Shown in pieces: positions 52,661-62,081 of a stretch of DNA of 64,000 nt; the stretch's first letter is position 1; each line of letters starts with the position of its first letter. Both the position numbers and the translations under genes were made by a program. Under the pieces are notes generated by a model. The model had not been told where the DNA came from, did no database searches, and saw nothing but the letters and a program-made list of their open reading frames with translations. Source of the DNA: Obrimoposthia wandeli (Eukaryota); contig CDROCS010001688.1 of NCBI GenBank assembly GCA_977020255.1, forward strand, positions 62,001 through 126,000. Reading direction: 5' to 3'.

Positions 52661-54778
52661 ATGAATAAGACAGTACTCGCTGTAGCGGTTTCTGCACTCT
52701 GCGGAAATGTACACGCTGCTGATATGTCATCAACACAATCGAAAAATACATCTGTTTCTCAAACAAATGTCGTGATGGTAACCGCTCAAAAAATTGAAAA
52801 AGAACCTTATGAAGTGAATGGCTCCGTAACGGTTATTACATCTGACGAACTGGAACGTAAAGGTGCAACAGAACTTTATGATAGTTTGAAGAATATTCCT
52901 GGTGTCAGTGTTAGCGGTGGTGCGGGGCGCCCTCAAAATATTACGATCCGTGGTATGCGTGGTAACCGTATTAAAATCATTGAAGATGGTGTTGAAACGG
53001 GTGACGGTTACGGTGCTGATGATTTAAGCGACAAAGTGGGGCGTAATAGTTTTGATCTGTCTGCGGCGAAACAACTCGAAGTAGTAAAAGGTGCAGGATC
53101 CTCCCTTTATGGTTCTGGTGCCCTTGGTGGTCTAATTGTAATTACGACCAAAGATGCGTCTGATTACCTTACACCGAATAAAAATACCGCGGTTGAAGTT
53201 AGTACTAATTATGTGGGTGAAAGTGACAAAATAAAAGGCACAGTGAACTTTGCACAACGTATTGGTTCGTCTGAACACCTAATTCGTTATAGCCAATGGA
53301 CAGGAGGTGAATCTGAAAATTATACTGGAGAAGTATATGATCGAGATGTTGACGGATTTGATCTTTCTTTAACCAGTAATTTTTATATTGGTGATCATCA
53401 AGAAATCAAAACTAAAGTTTCTTATTACGAAGATACAATGGATCGCAATGATCATGATAACTATAAGTCTGGTGATTTTAACGAAAACACAGTTACCTCG
53501 TCTAATAAATATCAAGCGACGTATTTGTATAACGATGCTGATTTTGTATTATTTGATGACGCGAAAATATTGGCTTACTATCAATCAACCAAAAGTAACA
53601 ATAACAAAAAACGATATAAAACTAAGCTAGTTCAAAATATAAATTACAAAAAATTGTACCTTGAGAACGGTCAGTTTGAAGAAGAAAAAGTGGGGTTGAA
53701 AGCAGAGTTCCAACGCTACCTTGATAACCAAAATATAGTATGGGGTGTTGATACTGTTTTTAAAGAACATTCAAGAACACTTGGAAAAGCCACTATTAGT
53801 GATGGCACTACATCTATTTCTGAAACGAATCCTTTTGCTGATGCCAATACGTTTAATACTGGACTGTATGCACATGATGACATTATGTGGAATGCATGGG
53901 ATATCGGTTTAGGTGTTCGATATGATTTTCACCAGTTAACCCCGAAAGATAAAAATCAACTAGCCAGTAATGGCTATAACTCAGCCCTTAGTGATGCTAC
54001 ATCAAGTGAAATATCACCGTCATTCTCGATAGGTTATAACTTCACCGATGAACTGAAGACGTATTTTAGCTATAACCACGGTTTCAATTCACCTAATTAT
54101 GCCAAAGTGTATGGCTATGTACCTCATGATGGTGTGCCGCCATTTGAGATAGTACCCAATTATGATCTGAAAGCAGAAACAAGCGACAACTTTGAGATTG
54201 GTGTGAAATCTCGCATGGGTATTTACAGTGTCAATGCGGCGGTGTTTTACAGCAGTTTTGATAACTTCATTCGCACGAAACAAACGGGTATGAACAGTGA
54301 TAATGGCCGTCTAACAATTCAATATGTCAACCTCGACAAAGTGGAGTCATACGGCTTTGAGATGGGTGCAAGTGCAGAAGTCAGCGAGACTGTAACCGCG
54401 TCTGGTAGTGTCGGCGTAGTGACTGCAGAAGAAGAGAACGGCGCATACGTTGAAACGTCGACCCCGTGGGAAGGTAATTTAGCGCTAGATTATAGCCAAG
54501 ATTTTGATGCGTTTGTGCGGTGGAATTTTGCGGCTGCAATGAACAAAGTGCCAACTTGTTCTAGCGGTGAATGTGTGACCACAGCTGGCTGGGGAACGGT
54601 TGATTTAGGCCTAAGTTATGAGCCTATTACCGATCTATTTATTAGTGGCAACCTTAATAACCTCTTTGATCGTGAATATGTACGTTACCAAGATGTAGGT
54701 GGCATGTCGGATGCGCAATCAAAATACAATGCTGAAGCGGGACGTAATTTTAACGTCTTCCTGAAGTATAACTTTTAA
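52661..54778 (+). CDS. TonB-dependent outer-membrane receptor (heme/hemoglobin, HutR-like)
   Basis: Signal peptide; TonB-box-like VVMVTAQK; plug IPGVSV...ITIRGM; VVKGAGSSLYGSGALGG; NLFDREY; C-terminal LKYNF. Confidence 0.9.
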   Translation: MNKTVLAVAVSALCGNVHAADMSSTQSKNTSVSQTNVVMVTAQKIEKEPYEVNGSVTVITSDELERKGATELYDSLKNIPGVSVSGGAGRPQNITIRGMRGNRIKIIEDGVETGDGYGADDLSDKVGRNSFDLSAAKQLEVVKGAGSSLYGSGALGGLIVITTKDASDYLTPNKNTAVEVSTNYVGESDKIKGTVNFAQRIGSSEHLIRYSQWTGGESENYTGEVYDRDVDGFDLSLTSNFYIGDHQEIKTKVSYYEDTMDRNDHDNYKSGDFNENTVTSSNKYQATYLYNDADFVLFDDAKILAYYQSTKSNNNKKRYKTKLVQNINYKKLYLENGQFEEEKVGLKAEFQRYLDNQNIVWGVDTVFKEHSRTLGKATISDGTTSISETNPFADANTFNTGLYAHDDIMWNAWDIGLGVRYDFHQLTPKDKNQLASNGYNSALSDATSSEISPSFSIGYNFTDELKTYFSYNHGFNSPNYAKVYGYVPHDGVPPFEIVPNYDLKAETSDNFEIGVKSRMGIYSVNAAVFYSSFDNFIRTKQTGMNSDNGRLTIQYVNLDKVESYGFEMGASAEVSETVTASGSVGVVTAEEENGAYVETSTPWEGNLALDYSQDFDAFVRWNFAAAMNKVPTCSSGECVTTAGWGTVDLGLSYEPITDLFISGNLNNLFDREYVRYQDVGGMSDAQSKYNAEAGRNFNVFLKYNF

Positions 54779-54789
54779 GGGACGTTGTA

Positions 54790-57105
54790 ATGAAAAAGCA
54801 CCTTTTAGCACTCTTGCTCCCCATTGTCGGTTCTTACTGTACTGCACCGTTAGCCAGTATGATCGACTTTCCGTCAGACTCTTTTTATGTAACGTCTAGT
54901 GATGAAGCAAAGCAACTGCTCGCGCAGCGTTATACGTTAACGGGTTTAGTGAATGAAAGTGTTTCAACGAGTTTGTTGTCTACGCAATATCGATTTTATC
55001 AAGGCTTTGCTAACGCTGTAGCGTGTAGTAGTTCGGTGGTTGTTACTGTTGATATAAACACCAAAGAAGTGATGCAAATTTACACGCACCTTCTAGACGA
55101 AAGTGAATGCCAATCAGCGAAAGAAGATAATCGAGCGATTAATATTAATACGCCAGAGCAAACCTATCGTCCATTTTTGACTGCGGGTAATCCAAAGAGA
55201 ATTGTCACCACGTCATTTAATGTTTTTGACCCTGACCCATTAACGGCACTTGAAGATACAACATTGGAATATTCCGATGTGATATCAAATGCGGCCTATT
55301 CACTGTATTCAGGTATTGAAGTGACAGAAGTGGCTGGTACACGGTATTTAGAAAATAGCCGTGTTAGGGCGGTCGATGTACGTGCTTTTGACCTTGATGG
55401 TGATGGTACCTTGGAAGCAGATGTTAGCCAGCAAGGGATCATAACGTCGGCAAGTGATTTCACGATAGAGCGAGATATAAAGGATTATGAAAATAAGCAT
55501 ACCCAGTTCTTAGATACCATGGCGTTTTATCACATTGATAAATCAGTGCAGTATTTACAGCAACTTGGCTTCGATATTGTCAGTGAAAAACCTGTTCAGT
55601 TTGATGCTTTCTTTGGCAATAAAGATAATTCAACTGCGTACTTAGCCCAAAATGTGATTGTATTTGGCAATGGCGTATCTGCCGATGCAGAAGATGCTGA
55701 TGTGATTTTGCACGAGCTGGGTCATATGATTAATTTCTCTTTAGTTAAACGCTGGCGTGACGGTGATACTGGGGCAATTGGCGAAGGGCTGGGGGATTAC
55801 TGGGCGGCTTCTTCTCGTTATCACAGCAATAAAACGTTTCAACCCGATACCGTATTTCGTTGGGATGGAGTCAATACGTCGAAAACAAGTACGCGTATTG
55901 TGAATGATACCGAAGCGCGCTATCTATCGGGTGCATCGTATCCGGCGCATGTGGTCAGAAATGGCTCTAATGTGGATCAGTTATGGTCAACGCCTTTATT
56001 TCAAGTATTGAAGTTTGCGATTGCTGAACACGGTGAGCCCGCACATGAACATATCGATCGCATTATTTGGGAAGGTATTGCGGCATTAGGTGGTGGAGTC
56101 ACAATGCCTGATGCAGCCCTAAGTATCGTGAAAGCGGCAGAGCGGCTCTATCCTCAAAGCAATTACAGTGATTTATTTGTTAAGCAGTTTAAAGCGCACA
56201 ATATTTTAACGAATACTGTCGCTTTTTATGCGCCGCAGTTCTTGATGGTTAAAAATGGGAAAACCAAGGTTACACTCGATCTGTTTAATATTTCAGGTAA
56301 AAATATTCATACATTTACAGGGCGTTTTGAGCAATCTGATGATGTCGTTTCGTTTGATACCGCTTTAAACAGCAAGAAACAACAATCCATGATCACAGTA
56401 AAAGTACCCGACAGTACGCAGTGTGGTGATGCATTCACGCTTAATGCTGAAACGGTTACAGATTTCAATAACCAGCAAATTCCTACTCAAGGTGAATACA
56501 GCATTCCGTTTGTTGTGTGTACACCCAAACTGACTCATACACCAAAAGTGGAGAACTCAGACTTGAGTGATGCAACCTCTACAGAAGGGGGGCTCGGGGG
56601 GAATAAAATTGGCGTTAAATCGTATTTACTAACCTTAGCTGACACCGCCGTACTGGATAACGATTTTGCAGTTTCACTGCATATCAAACATAAGCGCATG
56701 TCTGATTTAAAAGTCACGCTAACGCCACCTGTTGGCGATCGTGAAATAACATTGCTCGCTTATGAAAATATTCCGCAAGATGAATTTAACCAGCAATTAA
56801 TGTCTCGATTTAACCAGCAAGTTAATCGCTTAAAGGGCGAATCACTTGAAGGTACGTGGACGTTAAAAGTAACCGATCGGGCTGTGGGTGAAAGTGGAGA
56901 GTTGGTCTCTTGGGGAATCGCGAATATTTCAGGTTATAGCAAACCAGAAACAGCAACAGCAACAGATGAAACGAATAATAACAATAACAATAATGGAAAC
57001 AACGGAGCGACGGACAATGGCAGCGGATCGGGTGGAGGAAGCCTAGGTTGGTTGTCGTTGTTTATGCTTGTCATCATTAATAAATTAAGAAAAAATACTC
57101 CGTAA
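54790..57105 (+). CDS. Secreted zinc metallopeptidase (M36/M4-like gluzincin) with P-domain and GlyGly-CTERM anchor
   Basis: VILHELGH plus AIGEGLGDY; HKRMSDLKVTL...GTWTLKVTD...SW (P-domain); SGGGSLGWLSLFMLVIINKLRK. Confidence 0.85.
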   Translation: MKKHLLALLLPIVGSYCTAPLASMIDFPSDSFYVTSSDEAKQLLAQRYTLTGLVNESVSTSLLSTQYRFYQGFANAVACSSSVVVTVDINTKEVMQIYTHLLDESECQSAKEDNRAININTPEQTYRPFLTAGNPKRIVTTSFNVFDPDPLTALEDTTLEYSDVISNAAYSLYSGIEVTEVAGTRYLENSRVRAVDVRAFDLDGDGTLEADVSQQGIITSASDFTIERDIKDYENKHTQFLDTMAFYHIDKSVQYLQQLGFDIVSEKPVQFDAFFGNKDNSTAYLAQNVIVFGNGVSADAEDADVILHELGHMINFSLVKRWRDGDTGAIGEGLGDYWAASSRYHSNKTFQPDTVFRWDGVNTSKTSTRIVNDTEARYLSGASYPAHVVRNGSNVDQLWSTPLFQVLKFAIAEHGEPAHEHIDRIIWEGIAALGGGVTMPDAALSIVKAAERLYPQSNYSDLFVKQFKAHNILTNTVAFYAPQFLMVKNGKTKVTLDLFNISGKNIHTFTGRFEQSDDVVSFDTALNSKKQQSMITVKVPDSTQCGDAFTLNAETVTDFNNQQIPTQGEYSIPFVVCTPKLTHTPKVENSDLSDATSTEGGLGGNKIGVKSYLLTLADTAVLDNDFAVSLHIKHKRMSDLKVTLTPPVGDREITLLAYENIPQDEFNQQLMSRFNQQVNRLKGESLEGTWTLKVTDRAVGESGELVSWGIANISGYSKPETATATDETNNNNNNNGNNGATDNGSGSGGGSLGWLSLFMLVIINKLRKNTP

Positions 57106-57119
57106 TAATAGGTGAAATA

Positions 57120-58598
57120 ATGAATTTTAAACTTTCCATCGTTGGTGCAATTGTCAGCATTGCACTAACCGGTTGTAATGGATCTTCCGACTCTGTTTTA
57201 GATGGTGTTTCTACTGGTGGCACAGACTCTAAATTAACGTATACGTTAACAGGTAAACTTAGCGAGGGGTTCAGTGACGGCATAATGGCTTGTGTCGATC
57301 TTAATAGCGATTTGACGTGTGATGATAGTGATATCGTTATCGAATCAACGAATGGTACTTTTACACTAAAAAGTGACAGCTCTTCGTTATTAACCAAACC
57401 TATCGTGGTCTATGGCAGTAACGTAAATTCAGTGAAGCTATCTAATGGGTATGATTTCAAGCTGGTAAGCCCAGCATCGAAAGAGTTTGGAGAAGGTAAG
57501 GTTATTACGGTTTCAGCTGTATCATCGCTTGTTTTTTCAAAAATGAATGATGCGATAAACCCGTTATTATTTTCAGGTGCAGTGAAAAGCGTTAAACAAT
57601 CCCTTAATACATATATCAGCAGTGATATAGATAATATTTTTGAGATTGAATTGTCTGATGAGGCTGAAAAGCAGAAACTCAATCATTTTAATGACAACTT
57701 TGTACAGTACATGAAAGAGCTTGATGCAAACGGAGGGTTTAAATCAAGCTTATTGAAAGTTGGTACTGAAGCTGAATACGTTGTAAAAGCTTTTGCTGCC
57801 GATGATAAAGATGCAATAGCGATAGTTAAAAATAAAATTAAAAATAATACCCTTAAAGCTTTTGGTTCTAATGATACGGGTGTAACTCAATATTTTGTAA
57901 ATGGTGAAATGCAAGCGCAAGTCAGTGATGAGTTTCCAGGGCAAGATGCCGATTATGGTCTTGATAGCAATGGAAAGTCAGGATTTAACTTGGTTAAAAT
58001 TGACAATAAAGGTAACGAGCTTACACAAAACGCTCAGAATTGGGATTGTGTAAAAGATCTTAATACTGGCTTTATGTGGGAAGTAAAGGTTGATGATGTG
58101 TCAAGCCCGCGCGATAAAGCGCGAGGATACGAACTGAAAACGACAACCTATACACCTAACAGAAATGATCATGCTTCTGCGACGTGCAGTACTGATGGAA
58201 ACAGTGATTTTTGTAACACCGAGCAATACGTTACCCACATTAATACAATCAAGCTATGTGGTAACAGTGATTGGCGTTTACCAACGGCTAACGAGCAATT
58301 TGATTTACTGGATCTGAGTGAATCGCGAACACTGCCAAATACAGATTTACAAACGGGTATGAATTTAGATTTCTTCCCATATGTAAACGGTGGTGATGCT
58401 GATTATGGCTGGTATTGGAATACGACCCGTTTTACAACGGATGATCCCGAAGCGCTTATTTATACCAGTGTAGATCAAGCAGGAGATACCATTGGGGATC
58501 TGACTTATGGTATTGATCTTTGTAAGAACGATAAAGCCGTCGATGAAGATGGTTGTTATTACGAGAATGCGCTATTGGTTCGCTTGGTTACAGAATAA
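57120..58598 (+). CDS. DUF1566 (Lcl C-terminal domain) lipoprotein
   Basis: Lipobox ALTGC; NDTGV...PGQDADYG, CVKDLNTGFMWEVK, LCGNSDWRLPTANE. Confidence 0.82.
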   Translation: MNFKLSIVGAIVSIALTGCNGSSDSVLDGVSTGGTDSKLTYTLTGKLSEGFSDGIMACVDLNSDLTCDDSDIVIESTNGTFTLKSDSSSLLTKPIVVYGSNVNSVKLSNGYDFKLVSPASKEFGEGKVITVSAVSSLVFSKMNDAINPLLFSGAVKSVKQSLNTYISSDIDNIFEIELSDEAEKQKLNHFNDNFVQYMKELDANGGFKSSLLKVGTEAEYVVKAFAADDKDAIAIVKNKIKNNTLKAFGSNDTGVTQYFVNGEMQAQVSDEFPGQDADYGLDSNGKSGFNLVKIDNKGNELTQNAQNWDCVKDLNTGFMWEVKVDDVSSPRDKARGYELKTTTYTPNRNDHASATCSTDGNSDFCNTEQYVTHINTIKLCGNSDWRLPTANEQFDLLDLSESRTLPNTDLQTGMNLDFFPYVNGGDADYGWYWNTTRFTTDDPEALIYTSVDQAGDTIGDLTYGIDLCKNDKAVDEDGCYYENALLVRLVTE

Positions 58599-58610
58599 GG
58601 GATAAGAAAA

Positions 58611-59174
58611 ATGAATAAGATATTAACGGCTGCATTATTGGTTGTCTCTGCGTGTTCTAGCCATGTACAAGCGGCTACAAAAGCTCAAATTTGTATTCAA
58701 GCACCCCGTACCGCAGCTGATGGTCGTTTTGAAGTCAGTCAAAACGGTACAGTGAAAGATCTGAAAACAGATCTAACATGGATGCGTTGTTTAGTCGGTA
58801 TGAAATGGGATGGCACTAGCTGTAGTAACGATCCTTTATTGCAAACGTGGCAGCCAGCTCTTCAGACAGTAAAAAACATTAATACCAATACTAAGCATTA
58901 TTTATATCAATTTGGTGAGGTTACAGAATGGCGTTTACCTAATATTAAAGAGCTGCAAAGCATTCATGAGTCTTCATGTTTGCAGCCAGCACTCAATGAA
59001 TATGCATTTCCTAATATAGGTAAAGAGCTTGGGGTTAATGCCAGTATGGTATGGTCATCAACTCCAGCACATTGGTCGAAAGAGATTTTCACTTTTGACA
59101 TATCTGATGGCTCAGTGAGTCGACGGGATGCGAGTAGTTCTGAATATCCGATGTTATTAGTGGCTAATCAATAA
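58611..59174 (+). CDS. DUF1566 (Lcl C-terminal domain) secreted protein
   Basis: Signal peptide; GTVKDLKTDLTWMRC, WRLPNIKELQSI, VWSST. Confidence 0.85.
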   Translation: MNKILTAALLVVSACSSHVQAATKAQICIQAPRTAADGRFEVSQNGTVKDLKTDLTWMRCLVGMKWDGTSCSNDPLLQTWQPALQTVKNINTNTKHYLYQFGEVTEWRLPNIKELQSIHESSCLQPALNEYAFPNIGKELGVNASMVWSSTPAHWSKEIFTFDISDGSVSRRDASSSEYPMLLVANQ

Positions 59175-59198
59175 GTAATTTTTGATATTGGTCTAAAT

Positions 59199-59234
59199 AA
59201 AAACGCCAGCTCAGTGTATGAGTTGGCGTTTTTT
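59199..59234. terminator. Bidirectional Rho-independent terminator
   Basis: aaaaacgccagctca-gtgta-tgagttggcgtttttt. Confidence 0.82.
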
Positions 59235-59255
59235 TATCTGCTTAATCCACAGCGA

Positions 59256-59651
59256 TTAACGCATACGGAACACGTCTGTTTTCTGATCACTTTGCACATC
59301 GGCAAAACTACGTACGAAAGGACCTTGTTGACGAATGCTAGAAGACAGCCCATCAATCACACTTTTTGCTTCATCTTTTGTTGCGAAATCACCATAAATA
59401 ACAGCGTACCAGTTTTGGCCACGGCTTTGTTTCCAATTCACCCAGATAGGATCTTGACCTTTTATCTCGCTGATATAGCCCCGAACATCACGTTCTTCGC
59501 TTATCGCGAGTATTTGAATGGTAAAACGTGTTGGGTCCATATGCCCATAGGCTTCGGTGGTGGTCATTACCCCCACGCATTGAGAAGAGTCATTTGAGGC
59601 ACAGCCAGAAAGAAATAGCAGCGCTACAAGAATTATTACATTACGCATCAA
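59256..59651 (-). CDS. SPOR-domain lipoprotein (DamX-like SPOR)
   Basis: Lipobox FLSGC; FTIQILA, WYAVIYGDFATKDEAK, PFVRSF. Confidence 0.8.
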   Translation of the reverse strand: MMRNVIILVALLFLSGCASNDSSQCVGVMTTTEAYGHMDPTRFTIQILAISEERDVRGYISEIKGQDPIWVNWKQSRGQNWYAVIYGDFATKDEAKSVIDGLSSSIRQQGPFVRSFADVQSDQKTDVFRMR

Positions 59652-59859
59652 TTGTCTCCATACAGATCTTTATAGTGTTTATAGCGGCCAATGGTGAAAA
59701 AAATAAAGCCGAATCTCGAATAATAACGGGATAAAAAAACCAAAGGTTCAATACAAACGAACCATGGCTTAGGTGAAACCAATGGCTTCGGTGGAATATT
59801 ACTCATGTGAAGAAAAAAAGGCTCACAAGAAGTGACTATTATACGAAGTTAAGATTAAA

Positions 59860-59875
59860 CTGTACATACATACAG
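59860..59875 (+). promoter_or_regulatory. LexA (SOS) box
   Basis: CTGT-acatacat-ACAG, 43 nt upstream of umuD. Confidence 0.9.
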
Positions 59876-59918
59876 TATCTCGTATTATGCGAGCATAAGA
59901 GAAGTACACGAGGGCGTT

Positions 59919-60305
59919 ATGCTTACATTGCCTATGTTTATAGAGTCGGTGAAATGCGGTTTTCCATCACCAGCTGATGGGCATCAAGAACAATTGGACC
60001 TTGATGAATATTTAATTCGAAATCCGAATGCCACGTTTCTGTTAAGGGCATCAGGTGAATCGATGATTGGCGTCGGTATTTACGACGGGGATTTGCTGGT
60101 GGTGGATCGGGCAGAGCAGGCCGTTGCAGGGCGAATTGTGATTGTGCGTATTTATGATGAATTTACCTGTAAACGCTTAATACGTTACAACGATGCATGG
60201 TGGCTAAAAGCAGAGAATCCAACATTTAAAGCCTTTCCGATACCGGAAGATGCTGAAATATTTGGCGTGGTTACACGTAACATACATGACTTGTTGAAAG
60301 CATAA
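59919..60305 (+). CDS. umuD: DNA polymerase V subunit UmuD
   Basis: CG/FPSPA cleavage site, ASGESM (Ser), GDLLVVD, FTCKRL (Lys). Confidence 0.92.
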   Translation: MLTLPMFIESVKCGFPSPADGHQEQLDLDEYLIRNPNATFLLRASGESMIGVGIYDGDLLVVDRAEQAVAGRIVIVRIYDEFTCKRLIRYNDAWWLKAENPTFKAFPIPEDAEIFGVVTRNIHDLLKA

Positions 60306-61609
60306 TGACAGGTCATCTTAGTGGGTATAAAAATCAAGTATGGGGACTCGTCGATGTAAAGAGCTTTTATTGTTCTTGTGAGCAGCTCTTTGACCCGCGA
60401 TTAGTTAATCAACCCATGGTGGTATTGTCGAATAACGATGGGTGTTGTGTTGCCGTTTCAGAGCAAGCGAAAGCATTAGGCATACAGCGAGGCGCACCTT
60501 GGTTCAAAATTGAGCGCGAAGCTCGGCGTCTAGGCGTACAAGTTCGCAGCTCTAACTATACGTTATATGCCGATATGAGCCGACGCTTTATAGAAGAACT
60601 TCATCATTTTTCACCGCATGTTGAACAATATTCCATAGATGAAGCCTTTGTGCGTTTAGATGGCTTCAAGCTTGATACTCTTGAACAATATGGTTCAACA
60701 ATACGAGACGCCATTCGCAATCATATTGGTTTGCCTGTGCGTGTAGGTATTGGTGCAACGCCAACCTTGGCCAAGCTTGGCAATCAGGCTGCTAAACAAT
60801 TTGAATGTCGAGTTGAAGGTGTCATTAAAATTGATTCAGATGTACGCCGTCAGTGGATTCTTGAGCGAACAGATATACAAGATATATGGGGGATCGGTGC
60901 TAAAACGGCGTCGCGTTTACGTACAACAGGCATTGATAATGCGCTACAGCTAGCGAACAAGACCCCAGAAGATATGCGCAGACTATGGAATATCGGTTTA
61001 GCGCGTACAGTCATGGAACTGCAAGGTATTGCTTGTATTGAGCCAGGAGACATTGATGAAACGCGTAAACAAATATTATCAAGCCGAAGCTTTGGCTCAG
61101 GTATTTCCAATTCTGATGAATTAAAAGCAGCGTTAGCATTTCATTGCCAGCGTGCGGGAGAAAAACTGCGTAAGCAAAGTAGCCAAGCTAATGTTGTTGG
61201 TGTGTTTTTACGTACGAATAGGCATAAGAACCTGCCACAACATAATAAAAGTAGTGCGATGCCACTAAGCTGCCCCAGCCAAGATAGTTACAAGTTTCTT
61301 GATCTTGCTTTGTTGCAGTTAAAGCAACTCTACCGACCGGGCTATGAGTACCAAAAGATTGGTGTAATTCTTAATGAATTAACAGAGGCGAAGAATGATA
61401 GCTTTCAATTGGATATGTTTAATACTAGTGCGCTTGATGAACATAAACGGCGAGATTTAATGGCAATCACCGATCAAGTGAATGCTCGATTTAAAAACGG
61501 TATTAAACCAGCATCTATTATTGGCTCAACAAACTGGCATATGCGACAGGCTTTTCGCTCTAACCGCTGGACAACGAGGCTTGATGAGCTGCCTATCGCG
61601 AAGTGTTAA
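60305..61609 (+). CDS. umuC: DNA polymerase V subunit UmuC
   Basis: SFYCSCE, VLSNNDGC, SSNYTLY, YSIDEAF, SSRSFG, C-terminal WTTRLDELP. Confidence 0.95.
   Translation: MTGHLSGYKNQVWGLVDVKSFYCSCEQLFDPRLVNQPMVVLSNNDGCCVAVSEQAKALGIQRGAPWFKIEREARRLGVQVRSSNYTLYADMSRRFIEELHHFSPHVEQYSIDEAFVRLDGFKLDTLEQYGSTIRDAIRNHIGLPVRVGIGATPTLAKLGNQAAKQFECRVEGVIKIDSDVRRQWILERTDIQDIWGIGAKTASRLRTTGIDNALQLANKTPEDMRRLWNIGLARTVMELQGIACIEPGDIDETRKQILSSRSFGSGISNSDELKAALAFHCQRAGEKLRKQSSQANVVGVFLRTNRHKNLPQHNKSSAMPLSCPSQDSYKFLDLALLQLKQLYRPGYEYQKIGVILNELTEAKNDSFQLDMFNTSALDEHKRRDLMAITDQVNARFKNGIKPASIIGSTNWHMRQAFRSNRWTTRLDELPIAKC
61571..61609 (+). repeat. Direct repeat copy 1 (last 39 nt of umuC; putative attL)
   Basis: acaacgaggcttgatgagctgcctatcgcgaagtgttaa. 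Confidence 0.9.
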
Positions 61610-61755
61610 TTATAGAGATGATGGGTATGTATGGTTATAGATAAATTTTTCCCTTGATAAATAAAGAACTCAAATACGGCAATGGAACTGTTCGCTGCAA
61701 GGTTTCAATATACAAGAAGAGTAGAATGTAAAAAGTTGAAATAACGCATTAAGCA

Positions 61756-61771
61756 TGTGAGCATTGTCGCA
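61756..61771 (+). promoter_or_regulatory. CRP-like site within the cargo
   Basis: TGTGA-gcattg-TCGCA (9/10). Confidence 0.5.
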
Positions 61772-61866
61772 CATGGTGATGTTTGTGAGATTAATTCCCT
61801 TCAAACGACGATTTACTATATTGATGAGCTAGTATGTGTGTAGTTTTATATTCATATTGGTAATGA

Positions 61867-62079
61867 ATGTTAGGCATAAAAGCTTATCGGCTCCGCACTG
61901 ATTTTAAGATAACGCCTTCTATATTGACGGCTCTCGATGCCTTACCTCAGAGTACCTGGCTGTCTCACGTTAACCAAGCGTGTTATTCAGGTAAGTGGCA
62001 AGTGCATCCTTTGCGAGGGCTTGCTAAGCACTCCCGACTATCGCCAATAACTGACACTACAGAAATCGAGGGTTATTAA
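61867..62079 (+). pseudogene. N-terminal fragment resembling aspartyl/asparaginyl beta-hydroxylase-domain proteins
   Basis: LDALPQSTWLSHVNQACYSGKWQVHPLRG resembles the N-terminus of this 2OG-Fe(II) family; ends before any HxD motif. Confidence 0.45.
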
Positions 62080-62081
62080 TT

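Noticed and set aside
59652-59860. c-di-GMP-type riboswitch upstream of the SPOR lipoprotein
   Set aside because: Short repeated ccatggctt/caatggctt motifs are present, but the GGCAAA...GACGCAAAG core was not found on either strand.
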